Shown here in pieces: positions 9,027 through 18,251 of a DNA stretch of 20,952 nt. How positions within the stretch are numbered: the stretch's first letter is position 1; each line of letters opens with the position of its first letter. A program made the position numbers and the translations under genes. The DNA is taken from contig JAYGFR010000231.1 in assembly GCA_046581755.1 (NCBI GenBank), forward strand, positions 1 to 20,952, in the 5' to 3' direction. The notes under the pieces are model-generated. The model had not been told where the DNA came from, did not search any database, and saw only the letters and a program-made list of their open reading frames with translations. The DNA is from Nitrospinota bacterium (GTDB lineage: Bacteria > UBA8248).

Positions 9027-9394
9027 CGGAGCGGGCCTGTAAGCCGGGTTCTGTCGCCCGCCAACTGGCGGGCCCACGGCCATCCATCTGGGACGAAGGT
9101 CGCCCTTCGCCTCTAGCAGCCTACCCGGAGACTTCGGACGGGCAGCCCTCGAGCGTCTCCTTATTTGGCCTTGCTCCGGGTGGGGTTTACCGAGCCGGCC
9201 CGGTCACCCGGACCGCTGGTGCGCTCTTACCGCACCTTTTCACCCTTACCCCGGACCGGAGTCCGGGGCGGTCTGATTTCTGTGGCACTTTCCCTGGGGT
9301 CGCCCCCGGTGGACGTTATCCACCACCCTGCCCTGCGGAGCCCGGACTTTCCTCCCGCGGCCAGAGGCCGCGCGCGGCCGCGCAGCCCGCTCCG
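9027..9394 (-). ncRNA. rnpB: RNase P RNA, bacterial class A
   Basis: Conserved segments GAGGAAAGUCCGGGC, GGAAAGUGCCACAGAAA, GGUAAGAGCGCACC, GGUAAACCCCAC and ACAGAACCCGGCUUA. Terminal P1 helix CGGAGCGGGC/GCCCGCUCCG followed by a U-rich tract. Confidence 0.97.
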
Positions 9395-9424
9395 ATTCTA
9401 ACCGGAATGTACCGCAAATGACGG

Positions 9425-9847
9425 TTAAATGCCCGCCTTTTCATCTATCGCGCGGTTCGCGGCCTCATCGGCGGCGGCGTTGCCCCCCCGCCGGACATGG
9501 CGGAGGGTGACGCTATCGAAGGCGCTCGAAATCTCCATGGCTTCCCGGTAAAGGGGTTTCAGCCCCTCGTTCTTCACCTGGTATTCACCGCTCCATTGCT
9601 TGGCGAGCAGCTCGGAATCGGTGACCACCTCGACGCTCCGTGCCCCCATCTCCCTGGCACGGTTCAGGCCCAAGAGAAGGCCGCGGTATTCGGCCACATT
9701 ATTCGTCGTGTTCCCGAGAAATTGCAGGATTTCTCCCACACAGGCGCCCGATTCGTCGTACAGCAAAGCAGCCGCGCCCGCGGGGCCGGGATTTCCCCTG
9801 GCGGCGCCGTCGGTATGAATCAGAAGATGTTCGTTATGGGTGTTCAA
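9425..9847 (-). CDS. rnhA: Ribonuclease HI family protein
   Basis: Motifs TDGAARGNPGPAG, TNNVAEY, DSELL, HVRR..N..AD..AN carry the D-E-D-D catalytic set. TTG start overlaps the upstream stop (TTGA). Confidence 0.92.
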   Translation of the reverse strand: MNTHNEHLLIHTDGAARGNPGPAGAAALLYDESGACVGEILQFLGNTTNNVAEYRGLLLGLNRAREMGARSVEVVTDSELLAKQWSGEYQVKNEGLKPLYREAMEISSAFDSVTLRHVRRGGNAAADEAANRAIDEKAGI

Positions 9848-10590
9848 GGAATTTCATCGGCCGCAGCCATGCCCACCGCCTCGACCGATTGGTAGTAGAT
9901 GATCCGCCCGCAATTCGAACACGAGAAAATCTCGTCCTTGGAATCGCGAATCTCGAAAAAGCGCTGGATCGTTTCACCCATACGGCAGCCATGGCAGATC
10001 CTCTCGATGATCGGCACAACGGCTACCCCGCCCCGCCCCTTCCGGACCGTCTCATAGCGCTCCCGCCAGTCTGGACTGATCTCCATATACGCTTTTTCGC
10101 GGTCCCGCTGGAATTTTTCAAGCTCGTGTTCAATCCGGGCGCTGTTGTCTTCATGTTTTTTTATGGACATCGATACGGTGTCCTTGGCCTTTTCCAGGCC
10201 TTTTTTCTCCTCGCTCACTTTTTCCTTGAGCGGTTCCAACGATTCCATGCACTCGAGAACCCTGTCCTCCAGTTCACTGATATTCCGCTGAAAGGCTTCA
10301 ATTTCACGGGTCAAGGCGCGGTATTCCTCGTTGGTTTTGACGAGCGGCTGTTTTCCGCGAGACTCCCTGAGCTTTTCATCGCTCATCTGAATCTCGCCCT
10401 CGGTGTCGTGTTGGCGTTTTTGCACGACCCCCAATTCCGCCTCGGCGACCTGGACTTCCTCTTCAAACTGGCGAATGTAGTCCTTTTCCGTCTCGATTAA
10501 GGAGGGAATTTTCTTGAGTTCTTCATCGAGCCGTGCGATTTGGTCGTCGATTGCTTGAAGGTGGACAAGAGCCTGCAACTCAGGTTGCAC
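9844..10590 (-). CDS. Coiled-coil protein with C-terminal C4 zinc ribbon (DUF164 / CT398 / HP0958-like)
   Basis: LQAIDDQI start, long coiled coil with KTNEEYRAL..EI, then CHGC...CSNCGRIIY. GTG start with GGAGGAG SD. Confidence 0.9.
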   Translation of the reverse strand: MQPELQALVHLQAIDDQIARLDEELKKIPSLIETEKDYIRQFEEEVQVAEAELGVVQKRQHDTEGEIQMSDEKLRESRGKQPLVKTNEEYRALTREIEAFQRNISELEDRVLECMESLEPLKEKVSEEKKGLEKAKDTVSMSIKKHEDNSARIEHELEKFQRDREKAYMEISPDWRERYETVRKGRGGVAVVPIIERICHGCRMGETIQRFFEIRDSKDEIFSCSNCGRIIYYQSVEAVGMAAADEIP

Positions 10591-10633
10591 CGAAAATACT
10601 CCTCCGTTATCGCCCGAAACTTGTCCTTGGGAT

Positions 10634-10709
10634 TGGTGGGCCCACCAGGATTCGAACCTGGGACCAGCCGGTTATGAGCCGGCGGCTCTGACCGCTGAGC
10701 TATGGGCCC
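10634..10709 (-). tRNA. tRNA with CAU anticodon, most likely tRNA-Ile2 (lysidine-modified)
   Basis: 76-nt cloverleaf GGGCCCATAGCTCAGCGGTCAGAGCCGCCGGCTCATAACCGGCTGGTCCCAGGTTCGAATCCTGGTGGGCCCACCA with encoded CCA. G1-C72 is paired, so not an initiator. C4/C5 acceptor pairs and the position after rpoD fit Ile2. Confidence 0.93.
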
Positions 10710-10898
10710 CAGAATACTTCAGCTTCGGGGCTTGACAAGGAGGAGGGCCGCCTGACTTCCCCCTTCGTACCCGCGTCCCGGATGCCGAGAACCCCGTCTA
10801 TATCGCCTCCCCCGGCGCCGATGTCAAATGCCGCCCAATCCAAAATCCGGAGCGGGTCTCAAGCGCAAAAAACCCGTGCGAAAAGCCCGCTAAACGCA

Positions 10899-12821
10899 TT
10901 AATTTTCCATGAAACTCCGCAGTTTTTTGCTGCGGCTCGGATGGCGCAGCTTACGGAGCGCCTTAGCCTCTATTTGCCGAATCCGCTCGCGCGTCACATC
11001 GAAATCCCGTCCGACCTCCTCGAGGGTATGCTCGTTCTCCGTACCGATGCCGAACCGCTTTTGCAGCACCATCATCTCGCGCGGGCTGAGGGTTTGCAGG
11101 ATCCGCTGGGTCTGCTCCTTGAGGTTGATTTTGATGATCGAATCCTGCGGAACCTCGGCTCCCTTGTCCTCGATGAAATCGCCGAGATGGCTGTCTTCCT
11201 CCTCGCCGATGGGCGTTTCGAGGCTAATGGGCTCTTTCGCAATCTTGAGAACCTTCCGGACCTTATCGACAGGCAATTCCATTTTCTTGGCGATCTCCTC
11301 GGGAAACGGCTCCCTTCCGAACACCTGGACCAACTGCCTGGAGGTCCGGATCAGCTTGTTGATCGTTTCGATCATGTGCACCGGAATTCGGATGGTCCGC
11401 GCCTGATCGGCGATAGCGCGCGTAATTGCCTGGCGAATCCACCATGTGGCATAGGTGCTGAATTTGTAGCCGCGCTTGTACTCGAATTTATCTACGGCTT
11501 TCATCAAGCCGATGTTCCCCTCCTGGATCAAATCGAGAAACGCCAAGCCGCGATTGGTGTACTTCTTCGCGATGCTAACCACGAGCCGCAGGTTGGCCTC
11601 CGCCAGCTCCTTTTTCGCCTGCCGGTCCTTACGGCGTCCCCGGCGAATCATCTTGAGGGACATCTCCAGTGCATCGCGCGAGGCTCCCGCCTCTTTTTCC
11701 GTCTGGCGAATGTGCCGGCGGACGTTTTTAATCCGGCGGTCATACTCGGCCATGATGCTCAGGGGAATCCGCTTGTCTCCGACGGGGGTGGAGCTCGCCA
11801 CCCCCTTGCCGATTTCCTTCACCGAGGCCTTGAGTCCGGCTTCATCCAAACCGACCTGCTCGAGGTAGCCCGTGATCTCCTCCTCGTTCTTATGAATTGC
11901 GTGGACATAGGACTGAATGCGATTGGCGATCCTGTCCACCTGATTGGGCCGGAGGTTCATCTCCCGGATCAGGACGGCGATTTTTTCCTGAACTTTTTCA
12001 ATGGCGGCCGATTTGGCGTTATCCGCCCGCTTCTTGTCCAACCGGCGGAGCTGCGTATTGACCTTGGCCACCAACCCCAGGACGCGGGCTTTATCCTCTT
12101 CATAGGTGGGTTTTTCCTTTTCCTCGTCGTCGTTTTCGTCCCGGCTGGAATCTACGGTGACGACCACTACCGTAGCTACGGAAATTTCATCCTTCCGGAG
12201 TTTCTCGGCGAGTTCGAAAACGGCATCGATGGCGACCGGCGTGCTCACCGTCGCGAGGCACACCTCGAGCTGACCCTCCTCGATTCGTTTGGCAATGACG
12301 ATTTCGCCCTCACGGCTGAGCAGTGGAATCTGCCCCATTTCGCGCAGATACATGCGCATCGGATCGTCTGTTTTCCCAAAAGCCGAATCGTCGAAAGTGG
12401 CGATTCCCCGGGTGCTGGGTTTCGCCTTATCCGCTTCGGAATCGTCGGCGCCGTCCTTCGGCTCTCCAACTTCGATATCGTCCTTGGCCTTGGCCTGCCG
12501 TTTTTCGGCGGCCTCCGTATCCAGAATCTGGATATCCATTTCCTTGAACAGCACCATGATGTCGTCAATGGCCTCAGGCGATGTGACGCTGCTCGGGAGA
12601 ACGTCGTTGACCTCATCGTAGGTCAAAAACCCCTTCTCCTTTCCCGCCTCAATCAGATTTTTAACATCCGCCTGCTTGGTGGAGCCGTTTTTCGCCGTCG
12701 ATGCCTTGGAGGCCCCGTTTTTGGAAGATCCATTTTTGGCAGCTCTGCTTTTGGCTTTCTTGGCCGTCCCTTTGGTGCTGGTCTTTGTCGCCAATTTCTG
12801 CTCCTTCGCTCGTTTAACCAA
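10899..12821 (-). CDS. rpoD: RNA polymerase primary sigma factor sigma70
   Basis: Region 1.1 ([14 protein letters not shown]), 1.2 ([12 protein letters not shown]), region 2 ([29 protein letters not shown]), region 4 ([28 protein letters not shown]). The TTG start is uncertain. Confidence 0.97.
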   Translation of the reverse strand: MVKRAKEQKLATKTSTKGTAKKAKSRAAKNGSSKNGASKASTAKNGSTKQADVKNLIEAGKEKGFLTYDEVNDVLPSSVTSPEAIDDIMVLFKEMDIQILDTEAAEKRQAKAKDDIEVGEPKDGADDSEADKAKPSTRGIATFDDSAFGKTDDPMRMYLREMGQIPLLSREGEIVIAKRIEEGQLEVCLATVSTPVAIDAVFELAEKLRKDEISVATVVVVTVDSSRDENDDEEKEKPTYEEDKARVLGLVAKVNTQLRRLDKKRADNAKSAAIEKVQEKIAVLIREMNLRPNQVDRIANRIQSYVHAIHKNEEEITGYLEQVGLDEAGLKASVKEIGKGVASSTPVGDKRIPLSIMAEYDRRIKNVRRHIRQTEKEAGASRDALEMSLKMIRRGRRKDRQAKKELAEANLRLVVSIAKKYTNRGLAFLDLIQEGNIGLMKAVDKFEYKRGYKFSTYATWWIRQAITRAIADQARTIRIPVHMIETINKLIRTSRQLVQVFGREPFPEEIAKKMELPVDKVRKVLKIAKEPISLETPIGEEEDSHLGDFIEDKGAEVPQDSIIKINLKEQTQRILQTLSPREMMVLQKRFGIGTENEHTLEEVGRDFDVTRERIRQIEAKALRKLRHPSRSKKLRSFMEN

Positions 12822-12863
12822 GGGGGCAATCTCTAAACCTATTCGCCATGTCCGTCCGACGCC

Positions 12864-14756
12864 TCAGCGCGCAGCCGCATCTTTTTGCCGCTCGTGCAAA
12901 AGCGCGTTTTTTTTCTCCAACAGGCGCCGCACGGCCGGGGAATCTTCTCCCTCGGTGCGGCGCACCTCTTCGAGTTCCTTCAAAATACTCTCCTCCCGCC
13001 GCCGCCGGAGCCGTTCATGGAGCCGGGACATGCAGTCGGAAAATTCCGCCTCGATATCCTCGTAGGGAGCCTCTGCGGCGGCCAATTCGAGAACCAGCGC
13101 CGCCGCGGAGGGATCCGTCATCCGGTCCGACAGATCCGAGGGATGCAGCCTGACGCCCTTGGCCTCTGCCGAGATCATGGCGCCGATAATCTCACGAATA
13201 GCGGAATCGAGAAACATCGAATCTGTCACCGCGCCTCTCGCCGCCAAGGCGGGACGCGATAAAAGCATTCGCGCCGCATCCATCTCCAGGCGGGATCGCT
13301 CCACCCTTCCGCCGAGCAGTTGCGGCGCCATCGAATCCCGGCGGGGCGCCTCTCTCGCATTCTCGGCCAACATCCGCCGCACGCTACTGTCCAGCGTCGG
13401 GTATGGGATGCCCAACCGATCCTCGAGGAGCGTGAAGTACTGTTCCCGCACACTCTGATGGGACGCCCCCAACACGGGCAAAAGGCTTCGGATGGCGGAT
13501 AATTTATCCGCCTGGCCCGCGCCAGGCACCAACCCGCCGATGGCGGCGTTGACCGTATGCTCAAGCAGGCCTTCCGCCTTATCCAGCAAACTCCGGATTA
13601 AATCGACGCCTCCGGCCCGGAGGACATCATCGACATCCTCCCCGTCGGGAAGGTCCATCACCTTCAGGCGCACCGCTCCCAGGCCCTTGCGGTCGATGAA
13701 ATTCTCGCGGAGAACATCGCCGGCCACCAAACGATCGGGCGCACCCGCCAGGCCCATGAGGCGGCCCGCCATATCGCCGGCGCGCTCCGAGGCTGCCTGC
13801 CCCGCCTTGTCGGAATCAAAGACGAAAACTATCTCGTCGGCATGGGCGCGGAGCGCACGAAGATGGCCGGCGGTCAGCGCCGTGCCCAGCGGAGCGACCG
13901 CATTCCGGATTCCGTTTTGCCAGAGCGCGATAACGTCAAAATAGCCCTCCGTGACCAACACCCGCCTCTCGGAACGGATGGCCTCGCGCCCCTGATGAAA
14001 CCCGTAGAGCACCCGCCCTTTTTTGAAGGACGGGGTGTCGGGCGAATTAACGTACTTGGCGGTCGCGTGGCGCGCGTCGCTGTCGGGCAGGGAACGGCCG
14101 CCGAATCCAACGGTGGGGCCATCCGCACCCAGAATCGGGAACATCACGCGGTCGCGAAACCGGTCGTAGTATCCCGAACCGTCCTCCCGCTGAATGGCGA
14201 GGCCGGCTTCCACCAAATCCCGGGGCGAAAACCCTTTCGGGCGGGCCGCCTGGCACAAAGCATCCCAGCGGGCAGGGGCAAAGCCAACACGAAACGTATC
14301 CAAGGCCTCCTGGGATATCCCGCGCTCCTTCAAGTAAGACCGCGCCCGGTTCCCATCCCCTCCGCGCAGGGCGCTCCAATAAAACCGGGCCGCGAACAGG
14401 TTCACCTCCTGGTTTTTCTCGCGGGCGCTGGGTCCCGGCGCATCCCCGACTTCCCTTTCGTAGCGCGATAGATCCACCCCTTGGCGATTCGCCAGAATGT
14501 CCAGCGCCTCCCGGAAACTCATCCCCTCATGCTGCATCAGGAACTTGATGGCATCGCCCCCGGCGCCGCAACCGAAGCATTTAAAAATGCCCATCCGCGG
14601 ATTCACGTTGAAGGACGGCGTTTTTTCATCATGGAACGGGCAAAGCGCCTTGAACGCGCTCCCGGCCTTGCGCAGGGGAATGTACTCACCAATCAAGTCC
14701 TCGATCGGGGTCCCCTCGCGGAGCTGGTTGACCATATCGTCCGGAATCCGGCCCAT
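12864..14756 (-). CDS. dnaG: DNA primase
   Basis: CHC2 zinc finger CPFHDEKTPSF...CFGC, plus YYDRFRDRVMFPI, GFGGR, KYVNSP, EGYFDV, LGTALT, FDSDKAG. ATG overlaps the mutS2 stop. Confidence 0.97.
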   Translation of the reverse strand: MGRIPDDMVNQLREGTPIEDLIGEYIPLRKAGSAFKALCPFHDEKTPSFNVNPRMGIFKCFGCGAGGDAIKFLMQHEGMSFREALDILANRQGVDLSRYEREVGDAPGPSAREKNQEVNLFAARFYWSALRGGDGNRARSYLKERGISQEALDTFRVGFAPARWDALCQAARPKGFSPRDLVEAGLAIQREDGSGYYDRFRDRVMFPILGADGPTVGFGGRSLPDSDARHATAKYVNSPDTPSFKKGRVLYGFHQGREAIRSERRVLVTEGYFDVIALWQNGIRNAVAPLGTALTAGHLRALRAHADEIVFVFDSDKAGQAASERAGDMAGRLMGLAGAPDRLVAGDVLRENFIDRKGLGAVRLKVMDLPDGEDVDDVLRAGGVDLIRSLLDKAEGLLEHTVNAAIGGLVPGAGQADKLSAIRSLLPVLGASHQSVREQYFTLLEDRLGIPYPTLDSSVRRMLAENAREAPRRDSMAPQLLGGRVERSRLEMDAARMLLSRPALAARGAVTDSMFLDSAIREIIGAMISAEAKGVRLHPSDLSDRMTDPSAAALVLELAAAEAPYEDIEAEFSDCMSRLHERLRRRREESILKELEEVRRTEGEDSPAVRRLLEKKNALLHERQKDAAAR

Positions 14757-17131
14757 CAGGACTCTCCCCCGTCCGAAGCGCCCTGGTGCGCCATTTCCAC
14801 CATCGTCACGCCCCAGCCGCCCTCCTCAGGGCGGGCCGCGCCGTAGCTGGCCACCAGAAGGCTGTCCTCCAGGAACTTGGTGATGGCGCCGGAGAGAACC
14901 CCCTCTCCTTTTCCGTGGACGATCCGCAAATTCCGGACGCCCAGCACGGCGGCATCGTCCAGGTATTTATCGACTTTCTCGAGTGCATCCTGAAGCCGCA
15001 TTCCGCGAACGTGCAACTCGGTGGAAAACGCCCTCGACCGTGCGCCTAAATCGTGCGTGACCACCACGCGCGAGGTTTCCGGACTCGGAAGCGGCTCTAT
15101 CCGCTCGATAGCCGAAATGGCGACGCGGAGCGATTTACCGTTCACCTCCACCGTGATCATCTCCCGGCCGTGAAGGGAGCGAACCTTGCCCGAGCCGCCC
15201 GTCGCGCGAAGGCGGACGGTATCGCCCAGGCGAACGAAGGGCGGGGCTACGCTTTCTTCGGTTTCGGCTGGGAGCGGGAACGCTTCATCGGCGCGCTCTT
15301 TCAGCCCGCGAATCTTCTCCCGGGCAAGCCGCTTGGCCGCCTCGGTATCTCCCGCCACGCGGATTTCGCCCAACAAATCGTCCGCATCGCGGCGAAGTTG
15401 TTTTAAAAATGCCTCCGTTTCGCTCCGCCGAAGGGCGGCCTCCCGCCGGCGGGCGCGCTCGAATTCCGTCTGTTCGGATTTCAGGCGCTGCCAGCGGGAT
15501 GAAATTTTCATCTCATTTTCCTTCAGCTCCGATTCCTGGTCCGAAAGGCGGGCCATAAGCCGGTCCACCTGAACGATTCCCCCGCCCAGGAGCGCCTTAG
15601 CCCTTTCCATGATCTTTCGGGGGAGCTCCAGCCTCTCCGCCACTGCCATGGCGTTGCTGGGACCCGACGCCCCCATCCGAAGCCGGTAGGTCGGCGAGAG
15701 GTCCTGGGGATCGAACTCCACCGAGGCGTTCATGGCATCGTCCGCCTCATAGGCATAATGCTTGAGCGCATCATGGTGGGTACTCACGACCGCCAGAGCG
15801 CCGCTTCGGGCCAAATGCTCCAGAACGGCGACACCAATCGCGGAGCCTTCCGCGGGGTCGGTTCCCGAGCCGAGCTCGTCCAACAGAAAAAGGCTTCCCT
15901 CACCCGCCTCGGGAACGGATGCCGCCACGCGCGTCATATGGCCCGAGAAGGTGCTCAGGTTCTGCTCGATATCCTGCTCATCGCCGATATCGGCGAAGAG
16001 CGAGGAAACCAGTGGAAGGGCGCTTCCCGCCGCCGCCGGAACCGGAACACCGATCTGATTGAGCGCAACGCAAAGGCCCACCGTCTTGAGGGCGACGGTC
16101 TTGCCGCCCGTGTTGGGACCCGTGATGATGATTTGGCGGATGGGGCCTCCGAAGGAGATGTCGATCGGAACCACCCGCTCGGGCGGAACCGCCCCGACTC
16201 CGGCCGCGAGGAGCGGATGCCTCGCTCCGCGCAGCGTGACCTTTCCCTCCTCGCTCAGCGCCGCCCGCTCGCCTCTCCAGCTTCTCCCCAGTTCGGCTTT
16301 CGCCTGGATGAGATCGAGGCCCACCAGGCGGCGGGTAAGCCCGGCCAGGGCTTCGCGGCCATCCATCGCGGCCGCCGAGAGTTCGCGGAGGATTTTGTTC
16401 ACCTCCTCGCATTCGGTTTCCAGCGCATCGGCCAGGGCGTTATTCAGCGGACCCGCCGTCATCGGCTCGACGAAAAGGGTCTCTCCGCTCGCAGAGCGGT
16501 CCTGAATCACGCCCTCGAAGGAGCGCCGGAAGTTCGTTTTCGCCGGAACGACATACCGCTCGCGCCGCTGGACGATGAGCGTCTCCTGGATAGCGCTGGA
16601 ATGATTCGACATGACCCGTTCCAGCGTTCGGCGAATCTCCGTGCGGAGAGAACGAATCTTCGAGCGGGCGGACCGGAGGGCGTCGCTGGCGCCGTCTCGG
16701 ACCTCTCCCCGCTCATCGAGCGTCTTGCGGATGCGCGAGGCCAGCGGGCGGATAAGGTCAGCGCCTTCCATCCAGCCGGAAAGGCGGGGAAGGTCATCGC
16801 GGTGGGCCTCTAGGAACTTCGCCGTCTCGGCCGCGATGGTGAGCAGGGAGAATATTTCGAGAAGCCATTCCGCCTCGAGCGCTCCACCCCTGGCGCGAAC
16901 CTCCTCGAACCAGGGCGCGGGATCCTCAAACGCGGTGAGCGGCATCCTCTCGCCCTGCCCGGCCAGGATTCCGGCCTCATCCGTCTCATCCAGCATCCGC
17001 CGGACCGAAACCGCATCCAGGGCCGGCCGCAACTCACCCGCCGCTTCACGGGCCGGAGCCGAAAGACACCTTTCCGCGATCAGCCCAAGCGCCCGGGGAT
17101 ACTCAATCGCCTGAAGGCTTCGCTCATCCAT
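14756..17131 (-). CDS. mutS2: Endonuclease MutS2 with C-terminal Smr domain
   Basis: Motifs SASGETLFVEP, ARHPLL, ITGPNTGGKT, DIGDEQ.IEQNLSTFSGHM, LDELGSGTDP.EG, and Smr LHVRGM...IVHGKGEG. Confidence 0.96.
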   Translation of the reverse strand: MDERSLQAIEYPRALGLIAERCLSAPAREAAGELRPALDAVSVRRMLDETDEAGILAGQGERMPLTAFEDPAPWFEEVRARGGALEAEWLLEIFSLLTIAAETAKFLEAHRDDLPRLSGWMEGADLIRPLASRIRKTLDERGEVRDGASDALRSARSKIRSLRTEIRRTLERVMSNHSSAIQETLIVQRRERYVVPAKTNFRRSFEGVIQDRSASGETLFVEPMTAGPLNNALADALETECEEVNKILRELSAAAMDGREALAGLTRRLVGLDLIQAKAELGRSWRGERAALSEEGKVTLRGARHPLLAAGVGAVPPERVVPIDISFGGPIRQIIITGPNTGGKTVALKTVGLCVALNQIGVPVPAAAGSALPLVSSLFADIGDEQDIEQNLSTFSGHMTRVAASVPEAGEGSLFLLDELGSGTDPAEGSAIGVAVLEHLARSGALAVVSTHHDALKHYAYEADDAMNASVEFDPQDLSPTYRLRMGASGPSNAMAVAERLELPRKIMERAKALLGGGIVQVDRLMARLSDQESELKENEMKISSRWQRLKSEQTEFERARRREAALRRSETEAFLKQLRRDADDLLGEIRVAGDTEAAKRLAREKIRGLKERADEAFPLPAETEESVAPPFVRLGDTVRLRATGGSGKVRSLHGREMITVEVNGKSLRVAISAIERIEPLPSPETSRVVVTHDLGARSRAFSTELHVRGMRLQDALEKVDKYLDDAAVLGVRNLRIVHGKGEGVLSGAITKFLEDSLLVASYGAARPEEGGWGVTMVEMAHQGASDGGES

Positions 17132-17397
17132 CGGGTCCGGCTCCCGGCGATTCGCAGGTGAAGAAAAGCGCCTGGCGGATCATTTAAACCTCCGCCCGGC
17201 AGGCCAACCAAGCCCCAGACAGGGCCCGGCTTATCAGGTTCCGCATCAATAAAATCCGCATGAACACAAAACGGGCAGTCGGGAATCATATCACCGTTGC
17301 GGAAGGGCACCCAAATCCGGGGATGCGGCACTTCCATACGGTCGAACAACCGCCCCCTGAATAATAAGGTGCAAAATAAAGGGACAGCTCTCGCCAT
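17080..17397 (-). CDS. Possible small hypothetical protein with a CPFC motif
   Basis: ATG about 65 nt after the predicted TSS, with purine-rich AAAGG/AGGG upstream and GDMIPDCPFC. Against it: atypical codon usage and a 52-nt overlap with mutS2. Confidence 0.3.
   Translation of the reverse strand: MARAVPLFCTLLFRGRLFDRMEVPHPRIWVPFRNGDMIPDCPFCVHADFIDAEPDKPGPVWGLVGLPGGGLNDPPGAFLHLRIAGSRTRWMSEAFRRLSIPGRLG
17161..17200 (-). terminator. Terminator/attenuator-like hairpin just upstream of mutS2
   Basis: GCC-G-GGCGGA-[11-nt loop]-UCCGCC-A-GGC followed by GCUUUUCUU on the minus strand. Confidence 0.4.
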
Positions 17398-17468
17398 CCC
17401 TATCGCCTTTCACATCAAATACTTAAAAAATCACCCTATTCGACCGGTCAATGCCAATTCAGATTGAG

Positions 17469-17497
17469 AATATAGGAACCGGTCTGGATTTTGTCAA
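17469..17497 (-). promoter_or_regulatory. Near-consensus sigma70 promoter upstream of mutS2-dnaG-rpoD
   Basis: TTGACA (17497-17492), 17-nt spacer, TATATT (17474-17469), with AT-rich sequence upstream. Confidence 0.75.
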
Positions 17498-17549
17498 GAA
17501 ATAACGAAAAATTCACGAAATTGCCATTTTCATACAAACCAGTCTGAAT

Positions 17550-18251
17550 TCAACGGCTTTCCGGGCGCCCGCCCTTTCCAAACCGCCTTGCCAGTTCGGC
17601 GAACACCTCGCCCGGAGGGACATCCTTCAAGGCCAGCGCCACCAGCGAGTGGAACCAAAGGTCCGCCGTCTCGGAGACGACCTGCTCCCGCCCCTCCTCC
17701 CGGACGGCGCGCGCGACCTCCCCGGCCTCCTCTTCCACCTTCTTGAGAATCCGCCCCTCGCCCTGCTCGAAAAGGCGGGCCACATAGCTGCTTTCCGCCT
17801 CCCCCGCCTCCCGGCGGCTCAGAATAAGCTTGTAGACCGACTCCAGCAGATTGTGATCGAAGGCCAAATCGCCGTCCAGAGACTTCCCATCGGGCAAACC
17901 ACCTTCGGCAGCACCCATCTCGTTGAAAAAACAAGACATCCGGCCCGTGTGGCAGGCCGGCCCGTCCGGGCGAACGATGAACACCAGCGCGTCCCCGTCG
18001 CAGTCCAGCCTCGCCGAAACCAGCCGCAGGAAATTCCCCGAGGTCTCGCCCTTGTGCCAAAGTTCCCTCCGCGAGCGCGACCAGAAGTACACCGTCCCCT
18101 TCTCCAGCGTGAGGCGCAGCGCCTCTTCATTCATCCAAGCGAGCATGAGCACCTGGCCCGTCCCCGCGTCCTGGCAGATGGCGGCGGCCAGCCCCCGCTC
18201 GTCCCAATTCACTTCGAGCGGGGCAGCATCCGGCGTATTCGCACCGCTCAC
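17550..18251 (-). CDS. hisIE: Bifunctional phosphoribosyl-AMP cyclohydrolase / phosphoribosyl-ATP pyrophosphatase
   Basis: HisI motifs [39 protein letters not shown]. HisE motifs [28 protein letters not shown] overlap with hisF. Confidence 0.96.
   Translation of the reverse strand: MSGANTPDAAPLEVNWDERGLAAAICQDAGTGQVLMLAWMNEEALRLTLEKGTVYFWSRSRRELWHKGETSGNFLRLVSARLDCDGDALVFIVRPDGPACHTGRMSCFFNEMGAAEGGLPDGKSLDGDLAFDHNLLESVYKLILSRREAGEAESSYVARLFEQGEGRILKKVEEEAGEVARAVREEGREQVVSETADLWFHSLVALALKDVPPGEVFAELARRFGKGGRPESR

Noticed and set aside
9011..9421. ORFs of 136 and 78 aa on the plus strand
   Set aside because: They are antisense to the RNase P RNA gene, a classic spurious call.
10634..10709. 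tRNA-Met or tRNA-fMet assignment, or use as an integration site
   Set aside because: It lacks the C1-A72 mismatch and the three G-C anticodon-stem pairs of an initiator, and the acceptor stem fits Ile2. There is no duplicated tRNA 3' end or integrase nearby.
10797..10827. TTGACA upstream of the tRNA as a promoter
   Set aside because: The best -10 (TATAGA) needs a 19-nt spacer, which is too weak to call.
10782..12836. 684-aa plus-strand ORF
   Set aside because: Antisense shadow of rpoD. Long shadow ORFs are expected from GC-rich codon bias, and it has no recognisable motifs.
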